Source of the DNA: Octopus sinensis
Taxonomy: Eukaryota
Assembly (NCBI RefSeq): GCF_006345805.1
Contig: NC_043006.1
Coordinates: forward strand, 81,406,001 to 81,470,000
Direction: 5' to 3'
DNA length: 64,000 nt
Each line of letters begins with the position of its first letter. The stretch's first letter is position 1. The notes under the pieces are model-generated. The model saw nothing but the letters and a program-made list of their open reading frames with translations, had not been told where the DNA came from and searched no databases. Positions 51,454 through 62,588 of the stretch are shown in pieces. The position numbers and the translations under genes were made by a program.

Positions 51454-53940
51454 GTTCACGCATGCGCGTTGGCCAGTTACTTGCTACAGTGAACAAGGGA
51501 AGACGTGTAGCGGTTTAGCTCCGTCTTAGGGAAAAAGGTCGCCGTCAAGGTAAGCGATTTTGTTTTTTCTGAGCTGGGTAGAATTGTTGCCTTATTTTTA
51601 TTACAGATTTAAAAATCTTTTTGCTTAGTTACAAGCAAAGAACTGGATTTTAACATCAAATTGAAAGTTGTAAAGGAGCCGGGATCGAATAGGGCCGGAG
51701 TATCATTGTGGCCTGAATTTTTTTTTCGGCCTGAAACTATATATTTTTATTTACTTTTTGTGAACAGTTGTTTTTCCTTTCTCTTTCTTTTAATAATATT
51801 TTCATTTCTTCCACCTTTATTGAAGACGTGTAGAAGTTTAGCTCCGTCTTAGAGAAAAGGGTCGCCGTCAGGGTGAGCGATTTTGTTTTTTCTGAGCTGG
51901 GTATAATTATTGACTTATTTTTATTACAGTATATTCTGCCCTGCTCTGAGGCATTTTCGCTTACTCTTGGCAGTGAATTTGTTGCTTGTTTTGCAAGCAA
52001 AGTGTGTGCGGCTTGTTGCCTGTGGGCTTTTTTGAACAGCCGGAGAAGCAAGCCGGAACTTTTTGAAGTAAATTGTTGTTTCTCTACAGTGGAGAAAAAT
52101 TGAAGAAGAATTATTGTTGTTTTCAAACCAGCTAAGAGGTTTCGAAAATTATGGATTTGAAGAAGAGATTAAAACTTTTTTTGGTTAGTTACAAGCAAAG
52201 AACTGGATTTTACCATCAAATTGAGAGCTGCAAAGGAGCCGGGATCGAATAGAGTCGAGTATCATTGTGGCCTGAATTTTTTTCTGCCAGGAACTAAATA
52301 TTTTTATTTACTCTTTGTGAACTTTTGTTTTGCCTTTCTCTTTCTTTTATGAACTATTTTTGGTATGAAATATTATTTTCATTTCTTCCGCCTTTATTGA
52401 ACAGTTTTCTCTATTTTTCCTGTGTTTGGAATTTTGTTTTTTTGTTTATTTTATGTGGTCATTTTAATATGAATGAAAATAAGGTCACCGCTTTAGAGTG
52501 GGAGATTGTCCCATCCAAGCAGTGGCTTGAAACCCTTGAGAGGAGGACGGTGGTACTACGGACCTATTCTAGGTGGCGTGACGCCATCGCCCCCTTCGAC
52601 AAAAGTATCATTGATAAAGAGCTGGCAAAATGTTTGCCGGCAAAATATAACTTTTTGTCCAGGGGTGTCAGGTATCCAACGGTGAGGTTGATATTTGACA
52701 CCCCTGAGAAAGCTTGCACTGCGGCAAGCCAACTCCTACAAGGGGATGAGATTTTGTTCCTTCCCACATATTGTGGGAAGAAAATAATTAGGGCTTGGGT
52801 ATGTGGACTGCTGCTCGGAATTCAGTCTGAATGGATACAACAGACCATTCGTAGAGGTCTGTGTGGTAGCGAAACCAAGCTCCTCAGTGTCAGGGTGGAG
52901 GCCGCGACCGATTGGGCAGGGTCAAAATCAGTTCTGACCCTTTGGACCCAGTCGGCCGGAGACCTAGTATTCCCTGATTTTTTGGTAATGGCCGGGTATC
53001 CGGTGATTCTTTAGGGTCCCCCCCACCCAAGTGTCACCTGTGCCTGGAACCAGGTCACATCAAAAAGAACTGTCCCCAGGACCGAGGTAAGGCTCTGGAG
53101 CAGAAGAAAAAAGAAAATGTGCCCTCCGCCCCCAACCCATTGGAGGGGGAGATGGAGGAAGTAGTGTAGGCGGTTGCCTCCCCGAAAAAGAAAAGAAAGG
53201 CGAGCAACAATGGTTGCTCACCAAAAGACATACAGGTTGCAGGAGAGGAGGCAGACCTCATGGATAAACCGATAGAGGCCCTGACTACCGCAAGCCCAAA
53301 GAAGAGAAATAAAAGAAGAAGAAGAAAAAATAGGAGACGGTCGGCGGAGGTTGATGTACCGCCGACAGATCCCAATGATCAACTGGTGGGATGTGTGCCA
53401 CCGGCAGAAAGACTCCGTCAGTGGGAATTGTCCCACTGACAGAGCAGGATGGGGTCCCTCCCCGCGAGGGAGAGGTGGAACCCGTCATTTTCTATCACAA
53501 GGGAGGGGCTATCGAGAGATTCTTGGACAATCTTCTCGACCGACAACGTTACGACTCGGTCTGCATTGACTGTCCAAGTTGGCCTCCACAGGTGGCTTCG
53601 GAGGTCATAACACAAAAAGAACTTTTTGAGGTCATGGTGGCCTTTGGAAAAGAAGAATTTGCTTTTCTCTTTCCGGGCTCCGACCTGCTGATGCAGGCTT
53701 TCCTGCAGGCTGCAGGAAACTTATGCGGGGGCTCGGATGGGAAAGAGGAAGATTTAGGAAAATTTTGTAATTTTTGTGCTTTTTTTAGTAAAATTGAATA
53801 AAAGAACAGTGATTTCGAGGGGTTGTCGGTCGGCGGGCGCCGGTGCCCCTCCCATTTTTGTTCATCATTATCATCCTCATATCATTAATGTTTTTGTCTT
53901 ATCTGTGTACGGCTTTCATGGCCAATTTGATGAATAAAAG
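51454..53940 (+). mobile_element. Tx1-type element 2: 5' UTR with duplicated monomer, ORF1 only, 3' UTR (HAL1-like)
   Basis: Bounded by target copies at 51441-51453 and 53941-53953. ORF1 starts at ATG 52469. Ends ATGGCCAATTTGATGAATAAAAG. No APE or RT motifs seen. Confidence 0.8.
52469..53801 (+). pseudogene. Frameshifted gag-like ORF1 with CCHC zinc knuckle, basic region and an extra C-terminal domain
   Basis: MNENKV...VRLIFDT...; CHLCLEPGHIKKNC (53032-53073); SPKKRNKRRRRKNRRR; C-terminal VIFYHKGGAIERFLDNLL...FAFLFPG (ORF 53391..53801). Confidence 0.75.
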
Positions 53941-54074
53941 TAGCTTGCTTACGAACCACATGGCTCCGGGTTTAGTCGCATTGCATAGCATTGGGCAAGT
54001 GTCTTCTACTATAGGCTCGGGCCGACCAAAGCCTTGTGAGTGCATTTGGCAGACGGAAACTGAAAGAAACCTGT

Positions 54075-54165
<91 letters not shown>

Positions 54166-54373
54166 TTGTGTGTAAGTGTCTGTCCCTCTACCATCGCTTG
54201 ACAACCGATATTGGTGTGTTTACGTTTCCATAACTTAACGCTTCGGCAAAAGAGCCCGATAGAATACGCACTAGGCTTATAAAGAAAAAGTCCTGGAGTC
54301 GATTTATTTGACTAAAGGCGGTACTCCAGCATGGCGACAGTGAAGATGACTGAAACAATTAAAAGGAAAAAGA

Positions 54374-54374
<1 letters not shown>
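53941..54374 (+). mobile_element. 3' piece of the split SINE family B
   Basis: TAGCTTGCTTACGAACCACATGG...GGGCAAGTGTCTTCTACTATAGG...GACTGAAACAA continues exactly where the 50128 piece stops. Followed by (ATT)n. Confidence 0.88.
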
Positions 54375-54406
<32 letters not shown>

Positions 54407-55060
54407 AATAATAATAATATTTTCCTTCTCAACTTCCTTTCTCCCTGTTCCTTCCCCTTTTCTTCTTCCGTAAAGAGTAGTTCACTTTGTAAAAGAACTT
54501 TTTCACTCATCATTAGCAATTATGCTTTTGCAAAATCGGTAACGGTACCTAATCTGACTTTTCAGAATACTCGGTTCTTCTCTGTTTGAGAAATAAGAAG
54601 TCTTTAGCCTAGCATCTACAAAATTTTGACGTCCAGTGATTCAATAAGTAGCCAGTTATATATTTGACCCTGTGGAAGCACGTCTAATCGAATTTTGTCT
54701 TTATGGACATGAAATACTAAAGCCATACTTAGAATTCTCTGCTTCCAGAGTTAAAGATTGTTGCAACTTTTCTCTGGTCAACTTCCTGGAGATAATGATA
54801 TTTGAATCAATAACAACACTGGCCATAAAAGTAACTGGACTACTGTTAACACGAAGGCCCGTGAGTTCTGTATTTTCTGTATAAGTGGTTTCCCCGCTTC
54901 CAAGACAGATATCTTAAATATAGCTTATTATTGTATGAACAAGGGATACCTTACTTTGTTGCTTGATTTGTTAAAACTTCCTTCAAACCACACATATATT
55001 CTAGCATATTAGAAATGATATTGCCTAAGATAACCTACGGGTGGTATCCGGGATTTCTTT

Positions 55061-55473
55061 AGGTGTAAGAGTAGTTGTGTGGTAAGTAGCTTGCTTACCA
55101 CCCACATGGTTCTGGGTTCAGTCCTACTGCGTGATACTTGGGCAAGTGTCTTCTACTATAGCCTCGGGCCGACCAATGCCTTGTGAGTGGATTTGGTATA
55201 CGGAAACTGAAAGAAGCCCGTCGTATATATGTATGTATATGTGTGTGTGTGTGTGTGTATGTTTGTGTGTCTGTGTTTGTCTACCAACATCGCTTTACAA
55301 CCGATGCTGGTGTGTTTAAGTCCCCGTAACTTAGCGATTCGGCTAAAGCGATCGATGGAATAAGTATTAGGCTTACAAAGAATAAGTCCTGGGGTCGATT
55401 TGCTCGACTAAAGGCGGTGCTCCAGCATGGCCACAGTCAAATGACTGAAACAAGTAAAAGAGTAACAGAGTAA
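55061..55473 (+). mobile_element. SINE family B, full length
   Basis: Collinear with 14638-15033. Intact target sequence AAGTAGCTTGCTTACC. Confidence 0.9.
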
Positions 55474-56475
55474 AGATGGAATGTTTTTGATCACGTCCAA
55501 TATGTGTAGACAGATGCAATTATACGATTCCCAAACACAAAAACATTGTTCCAGTTCTTATTGCAAAGAAAAGCGACAAGTATCACAGAGTACGTAAATT
55601 CTAGTGAATTGCTTATACCTATGTATTATGAGGGTCGAGGTTGTTTTCTATATAAAGTAGTCCCCACCACTCAAATACATTGCTCCGTGTCGTTTGCGAT
55701 AGATATCAACAAGCTTCCCTCGCAATACGATAGGTATTCTGGAGTATACGTAAGATCCGTCTACGTATTTTGAGGGGTGAAGATGTTTATTCATCTTAGT
55801 GTTATGAATGTCTCCAACTGTTATATCGTAGAGGTTTCTTACTTTGTAATCCATTTCAGGAATGCTAACATCAAGCTGGCACAATAAGCTCTTGAACAAG
55901 ATGATGAAAGAAATGGAAGAATATCAAATTACGTAATAAAACTAAGATATTTCTTTTTTAATCCGGTACCTTTTATTTTGAAGCTGCTTTGCTTTCGAAG
56001 TATCATGACAAACAACCAAGCTTTCTTCGTGTAATTTCTTCTCTAGATAATCCTTTTCGCATTTATAACCGTGTATCCTTTATTGCCTGCTAAACCGTGT
56101 TATAGAACAAATAAGCTATCCAGCAGCAATGCATAGATAACACTTGGAAAAAATAGATTGACTTCAGCTTGGTAAAATGTAAGAGGATATTGTTTTCAGT
56201 TCTTGAATATTTTTATATTCCTAAAATAAAAAAAAAATTGATATTTTTCTCTTAAGATTCGTGCTCATGGCGAATAAATCCCGGTAGTGTATATGAAAAT
56301 TTACTGATATTTATTTTCACCAGTATTACTATATTATTATCAAAAATAAAGCTTTCCCATTATTTTTTCCTTTAGTTAATACGGATAATTATTATATCTA
56401 CTCCTGATAAATATATAGATTTGAATTGATTCCCGCAAGGACTTCAGAAAATAATGATTTAGACGTGCGCTATCA

Positions 56476-57036
56476 TGGCTATGTGGTGAAGCAGTTCGCT
56501 TCTCAACTACGTGATTTCGGGTTCAGTCCCACTATACGGTACTTCGACCAAGGGTCCTCTACTATAGCTCCAGTCTGACCCATTGCCTTCTGAGGTAAAT
56601 TAGCAGACAGAAACAATGTAGACGCCCGTCGTATGTATATAGGTGTGTTATAGTAAGAGGTTTCTTTTCAACCACTGCGTGGTACTTTGGACAAGTGTCA
56701 TCTATTATAAACTCGGGCCAACCAAAGCCTTGTGGCTGGATTTGGTAGATAAAAGATAAAATACACATACACATACATATATTTATGCTTGTATATATGT
56801 TGATAGACAGACAGACCGATAGTTAGATATTATGTGCGCATGGGTGTATCCTTTTTTTGCCGTCCCATCCCTTGACAACCGGTCTTGTTTTGTTTACGTC
56901 CTCGTAACAAAGTGGATTAGCAAAAAGTGATCGATAGAATAAATACCAGACTAAAACAAATATTTGCTGGGGTTGATTGGCAAAACCCGTCATGGCAGAA
57001 GTCCAGTGACTGAAGCAAGTCTAAGAATAAAAGAAT
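56476..57036 (+). mobile_element. Degenerate SINE family B copies
   Basis: Two partial heads/cores (56476-56640 and 56660-56750) plus a tail near 57010. Confidence 0.65.
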
Positions 57037-57129
57037 ATAAGATTCCTTAGCACTGACTATAGTAAGAACTGACATCCCCGTTGCCTTAAAGAATTTGTTT
57101 TGTGTTGTTGTTGCTGTTGTTGCATATCT

Positions 57130-57361
57130 TAAGGCGACGAGCTGGCAGAAAGGTTAGGACGCCGGGCGAAATGCTTAGCGATATTTCGTCTGCCGCTACG
57201 TTCTGAGTTCAAATTCCGCCGAGGTCAACTTTGCCTTTCATTCTTTCGGAGTCTATTAAATAAGTACCAGTTAGGCACTGGGGTCGATATAATCGACTTA
57301 GTCCGTTTGTCTGTCCTTGTTTGTCTCCTCTGTGTGTATCCCCTTGTGGGCAGTAAAGAAA
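57130..57361 (+). mobile_element. SINE family A flanked by an ~86-bp direct duplication
   Basis: Flanks 57038-57123 and 57362-57446 differ at about 9 positions. Confidence 0.9.
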
Positions 57362-57841
57362 TAAGATTCCTTAGTACTGACAATAGTAAGAACTGATATC
57401 CCGGTTACTTTAAAGAATATGTTTTGTATTGTTGTTGTTGTTGTTGCTGCTTAACCATTACTTCATCTCTGATCAAAAACACCTGTGATCAACAACCTTT
57501 CGGTCGTTCTCATACTATCTTTTGTTTCCAGACATAGCATATCTATGGCTATTTCATGCAACGTGACTCTACTTTTGTCAAGATTGAAGTTTGCCATGTG
57601 TGGGTGTCTAAGTCGATAACATTTTAATACAACGAACATCCACGCTCGTTGCAAAGTAGCAATAAATATATACATGAAAAGGGAAATGGAATATGTAATG
57701 ATAATAGGCAATAATACGTGGGTTTCAGAAATAATATGAAGCAGATTCTATGGTAATTGTGACCATTTGATATTTCAGAGACAGTCAAGGAAATGTAAAA
57801 TTCACTTAGTTTCCAAATAAACTGAATGAGCAAAATTAAGA

Positions 57842-57842
57842 A

Positions 57843-57921
<79 letters not shown>

Positions 57922-57930
57922 CAGACAGGC

Positions 57931-57983
<53 letters not shown>

Positions 57984-58033
57984 CAGACAGGCGGATAGAT
58001 AGATGATAAATAGATAGATATATATATATATAT

Positions 58034-58065
<32 letters not shown>

Positions 58066-58127
58066 GGAGGGAGAAATAGAAAGAAAGAGATGGAAAACAA
58101 ATGGAGAAATAGAAAAGTAGAGAGAAC

Positions 58128-58180
<53 letters not shown>

Positions 58181-58185
58181 AGAGA
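57842..58185. repeat. (GATA)n-rich microsatellite region
   Basis: Direct reading. Confidence 0.92.
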
Positions 58186-58949
58186 CAGACAGGAAGTGAG
58201 GGAGATATTAATTGAGAGAACGAGAGAAAATCATATTCAAATAATTAAAATAATTTTAAAGTATTCAATTTATATTGTGCTTTGTAAAGAAAGTCTCCTC
58301 CCACGCTAAAAGAGAGTTTTCATTTTATTTGTTCGTTTAAATGGTTTCCAAGTTTCCTCTAATGTCCGTTTATTTCCGTTAAAATCCAATTATACATATC
58401 GTGCCTATTTATTATTTTTTCTTTCGTTAAAGATTGTTTTTGTTTTGTTTTGTTTTGTTTTTTTGCTTTTTTTTCTGTGTGGTTATTTTCGTATTTGTTA
58501 CGATTTTGATGGTTCTAATAAAAGAAATTGTCAATATTCAATATATAGTTTAATCGTTCCATATAACGTCTTTAATCAGGTGTGTGCCAAAGTATTAGAA
58601 AAATTATCTTAGTTTTGAAATAGATTTCAAGAAAAGAAATTGTTTTCTCTATCTCTCTCTTTCCTACATTCTCTTTTCCTCTCTCTGTCTGTTTCAGTCT
58701 CTCGCTTGCTTTCTTCATGTTTCTGTCTACATATCTATCCATGACTCCATGGCTAGAGTTTCCCATTTTTTAGAACAAAGAATCATCGTATAACACGTAA
58801 ACAAAAGGAAGTTGGACGGCGAACCTACGCGTTGCTTAACTAAAGTCATTCACACAGGAAGATTTCATAATGAATTACCTTATTTTTAAACACATCGGCG
58901 CAACAATATAATTTTGTGCTGAGTTTTACTTTTTAGCACCTGAGCAACG

Positions 58950-59280
58950 GCTTTCTATTCTAACCATGGCCCGATCAATGATTTGTGAGTGGATAAGGTT
59001 GACAAAAGTGTGTGGAAGACTTTCATATATATGTGCATATGTGGGTGTATGTCTTTGTGTTTGTGTTTGTACTTTTGCCCCATTTCTTGAAAGCCAGTAT
59101 TGGATAGTTTGCGACCCCTAAGTGACTCGACAAAAGAACCGATAAAATAAGTACCTGTCTTTAGAAAACAACTAAGTAAGTATTGGAGTCGTTTCGATTG
59201 TAAAAGACATTCCAGGTGGTGCATCAGTATGGCTGCAGTCCAATTACTGAAACAAATACGAGAATAAAATAATAAAAGTA
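58950..59280 (+). mobile_element. Degenerate SINE family B 3' half
   Basis: AAGAACCGATAAAATAAGTACC and GGTGGTGCATCAGTATGGCTGCAGTC...CTGAAACAA. Confidence 0.6.
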
Positions 59281-59659
59281 TACTGCTCAAAAAATAATTT
59301 ACGTGAGCAGGTTAGATATTTATGTAGGGGTAAAAATGTCACCTATTTTAACACGACTACCTGTTCCATGGGTGATTTTCGTAGTTTGCTTTGTTACGAC
59401 AATTTGAAGCACGCTTCTTGCTGAAGAATATCGTGACATCAAAGCACATTGACACCACTTGAACATTTCATTAGATGCGAACACGAAAACTAAAACCAAT
59501 AGACAATACCTCTTTCCTCTAAAGATTTCAATCAAATCTAGACATCACAAACTAATCACTTAAATTGCATCAAGGCACTTAAATTTGAACAGTAAGTAAT
59601 TAGAGTCATCACGTTCTCCTTAAATGCTACTCCTTGCTGTCTTTCAGGTCTCCGACTAA

Positions 59660-60170
59660 ATGCCCTCAACATATCAAAACTACATCTCAAACAGCTCTAC
59701 TTTTCAGAACCAGAAATTACTTCAAATTTAATCAACGTTTACTCCTCTGTGAAGCTGGGGTGTGGCCTATAATTGAGTACTGTTCAGTATTTGGAGCGGT
59801 GTTTTTGCATAAACAGGGACTTGCTAGACCCCATTCGCAGCAGGTCCCTTAACTGATCGGTATGCAGCTATTTAGAAACACACTCTTTAATCCACAGATA
59901 TACCTCTATTTTCTATGAGCCTTTTTTCTCGTAACTGTAAGGGCTTCTGTACCTCCAAGTTGTCTAGCCTCGTGCCCCTTCGATGCAAGAAACTTCCAAT
60001 ACACCTGTTGCTGCTCTCCACGTCACATATTCTATCAAGCGTCCAGATTTCATATAAGTCATTGTGTCCAATGTTTTCTTCCAAGAATATCCGGTCTCTA
60101 ATATATCTTGTCTCTGAATATCCGATCTCTAAAATTTCATTCGAGCGCATATCTTTCCTTGCGGTAGTCA
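59660..60170 (+). mobile_element. Decayed LINE 3' end (CR1/L2/Jockey group)
   Basis: LLLCEAGVWPIIEYCS...CKGFCTSKLSSLVP...SHILSSV...SEYPISKISFERI resembles the post-RT C-terminus (RPxLEYCS, CSxELSSLVP). Confidence 0.6.
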
Positions 60171-60772
60171 GTTTGAAACAGTTTCACCAGAACATTAGCA
60201 GTTTGAGAAGAACTGCTATGGAGAAAATTGCTTCGTTATTGCTTTATCGTCAAGATAAAGCAATAATACATACATACATATATACATACAAACATACGTA
60301 CGTGTGTGTGTGTGTGTACGTGCGTCCGTGTCTGTGTGTGTGTATTTGTGTGTGTGTGTGTGTTTATGTGTAAGGTAATAAGCATATTTATTCGTAATAC
60401 GTTCCGGCAGATTGGAACGCAAATACGCTAATCGCTGTTGTATTCGTCACACTACATCTTTACAACGAGTATATGTTCATAACGCACTTCGTCCATTAGT
60501 TCAAGGGATTCTGGGTTACCAGTATTTCAATATGTTGTGTCTCGTCAGCCAGCAATACCTGGACTAATGAATCTAAACAAGAACCGATAATCTTGTTTAT
60601 AATTTCAACGAAGTGTTCACTGATCCGTGCTGATATCTGCCAATCGATCATAAATCCTTATATGTGCGGTGAACAGCAAAATTCAGCACATTGACTTTGC
60701 ATTTTTATACGACAAAATATGCTAATCACAGTTTTGTTCGTCATAGAACAATTTCTCCTTAACGATGATTAT

Positions 60773-61370
60773 TATTTCTTTATTGCCCACAATGGGCTAA
60801 ACATAGAGGGGACAAAAAAGGACAGACAGATGGATTAAGTCGATTGCATCGAGCCCAGTGCGAAACTGGTGCTTAATTTATCGATCCCGAAAGGATGAAA
60901 AGCAAAGTCGACCTCGGCGGAATTTGAACTCAGAACGTAATGGCAGACGAAATACCTATTTCTTTACTACCCACAAGGGGCTAAACACAGGGAGGACAAA
61001 CAAGGACAGACAAACAGATTAAGTCGATTACATCGACCCCAGTGCGTAACTGGTGCTTAATTTATCGATCCCGAAAGGATGAAAAGCAAAGTCGACCTCG
61101 GCGGAATTTGAACTCAGAACGTAATGGCAGACGAAATACCTATTTTTTACTACCCACAAGGGGCTCAACACAGGAAGGACAAACAAGGACAGACAAACAG
61201 ATTAAGTCGATTACATCGACCCCAGTGCGTAACTGGTACTTAATTTATCGAACCCGAAAGGATGAAAAGCAAAGTCGACCTCGGCGGAATTTGAACTCAG
61301 AACGTAATGGCAGACGAAATACCGCTAAGCATTTCGCCCGGAGTGCTAACGATTCTGCCAGCTCACCGCC
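60773..61370 (-). mobile_element. Tandem array of three family A SINE units (one full, two headless)
   Basis: Junctions at 60956/60957 and 61140/61141. Unit length 184 bp. One 16-bp TSD, CCTTAACGATGATTAT (60757-60772) / CCTTTACGATGATTAT (61369-61384), flanks the whole array. Confidence 0.9.
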
Positions 61371-62588
61371 TTTACGATGATTATGTACTGATATCACACT
61401 CGATTTATTAGTGCAAGAGATTCTGGGGCACCAGTGTTTCATCATGTTGTATCTTATCAACCAAAAGTTCCTGGACTAATCAAATTCATTATTTCAGTGA
61501 AAAAATCTGTTCGAAGTGGATACCGGCATTATTGACTTAAATTATTTAAATATTTTTTCAGTAAGTAAAGAGACAACTCGATAGTATATATCATCAACTC
61601 ATCACATTTTTCATCGGACTTACTGAAGAAAGCGAACAAATAGTCCATAAATAAATATACAAGATAGTACATTGGTTACTGTAGGCATCTGTAATTGTTC
61701 AATACAGAAGTACCAGTCTGAGAATAGATTCCTTTACAGTATTTGATAGATAGAGTGGAATAAGGACCAGTAACGGCGAATAGCTCATGATATATTAGGA
61801 TAACCTTCTCATGATAAAGTATTTACAGATAATATTAGCAAACTCTTTCTTATTGATGTCTCAAGTGAAAATTTTCATTCAAATGCTAAGAGCTTGATGA
61901 ATAATATCTTCTAACATCGCGATAATGAATTGTCATTCTGTTTCTCCCAAAAGACATTACAGAAAAAACTATGGCAGCTTGAATAAGAAGTAAGCAATAG
62001 TTCCTGAAAGCGATTCTTTAAATAATACGCTAATATTCTGCTGTGTCTTGATCGATGTTCATACGGATCAAACTCAAATAAAATGCTTTTCTAATTTATA
62101 ACAGACTGTAACGATTTTAAAACAAACTTGTGGTAATTATAGATGCATTTAATCGGCAATATACGTTGTATTAATTACCGTAATTTTATTTCATTCGTCG
62201 ACAAGTTCTGGTATGCCGCGTTGAAACACTTTCTTAGCCTTTGATTTGATGTATCACATTACCCCATTCTCGAACATCTTTCTGAAGTTAACTCAAGTTT
62301 ATCTACCTAAATGCTCGCATAATCTCCTGACAGAAGAAGGATCGGAGAATATAATGAGTCAAACTATTTTTCCTAGTTAAGTTATTCTAGGACGTCCTTA
62401 GTTGCTCGTTTCGTATGAGGGGCAAGCATTGTAATGGTGAATAATTACCTCTTTTTCTGTTCAGAGGACAGTCGTATGTTTACCCAACAATCTTTTCAAA
62501 TGCCGTAGTTGTTAATAATAAACCTCAGCTAAGATTGTTTGATTATTTTTAACAGTTCATAATGGTCAATCATTTGCATATCCCATTA

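Noticed and set aside
51605-52175. The 250-bp segment missing from UTR monomer 1 as a spliced-out intron
   Set aside because: The missing segment starts with TA rather than GT. AG microhomology at both ends fits an ordinary deletion.
55500-55960. Kinase-like words (KHKNIVPV, NANIKLA, NYVIKLRY) in different frames
   Set aside because: No HRD, DFG or APE motifs, multiple stops and inconsistent spacing. Not distinguishable from chance by eye.
60773-61370. Regularly spaced repeats resembling a CRISPR array
   Set aside because: The units are 184-bp SINE bodies with no unique spacers, in eukaryotic context and with no cas genes.
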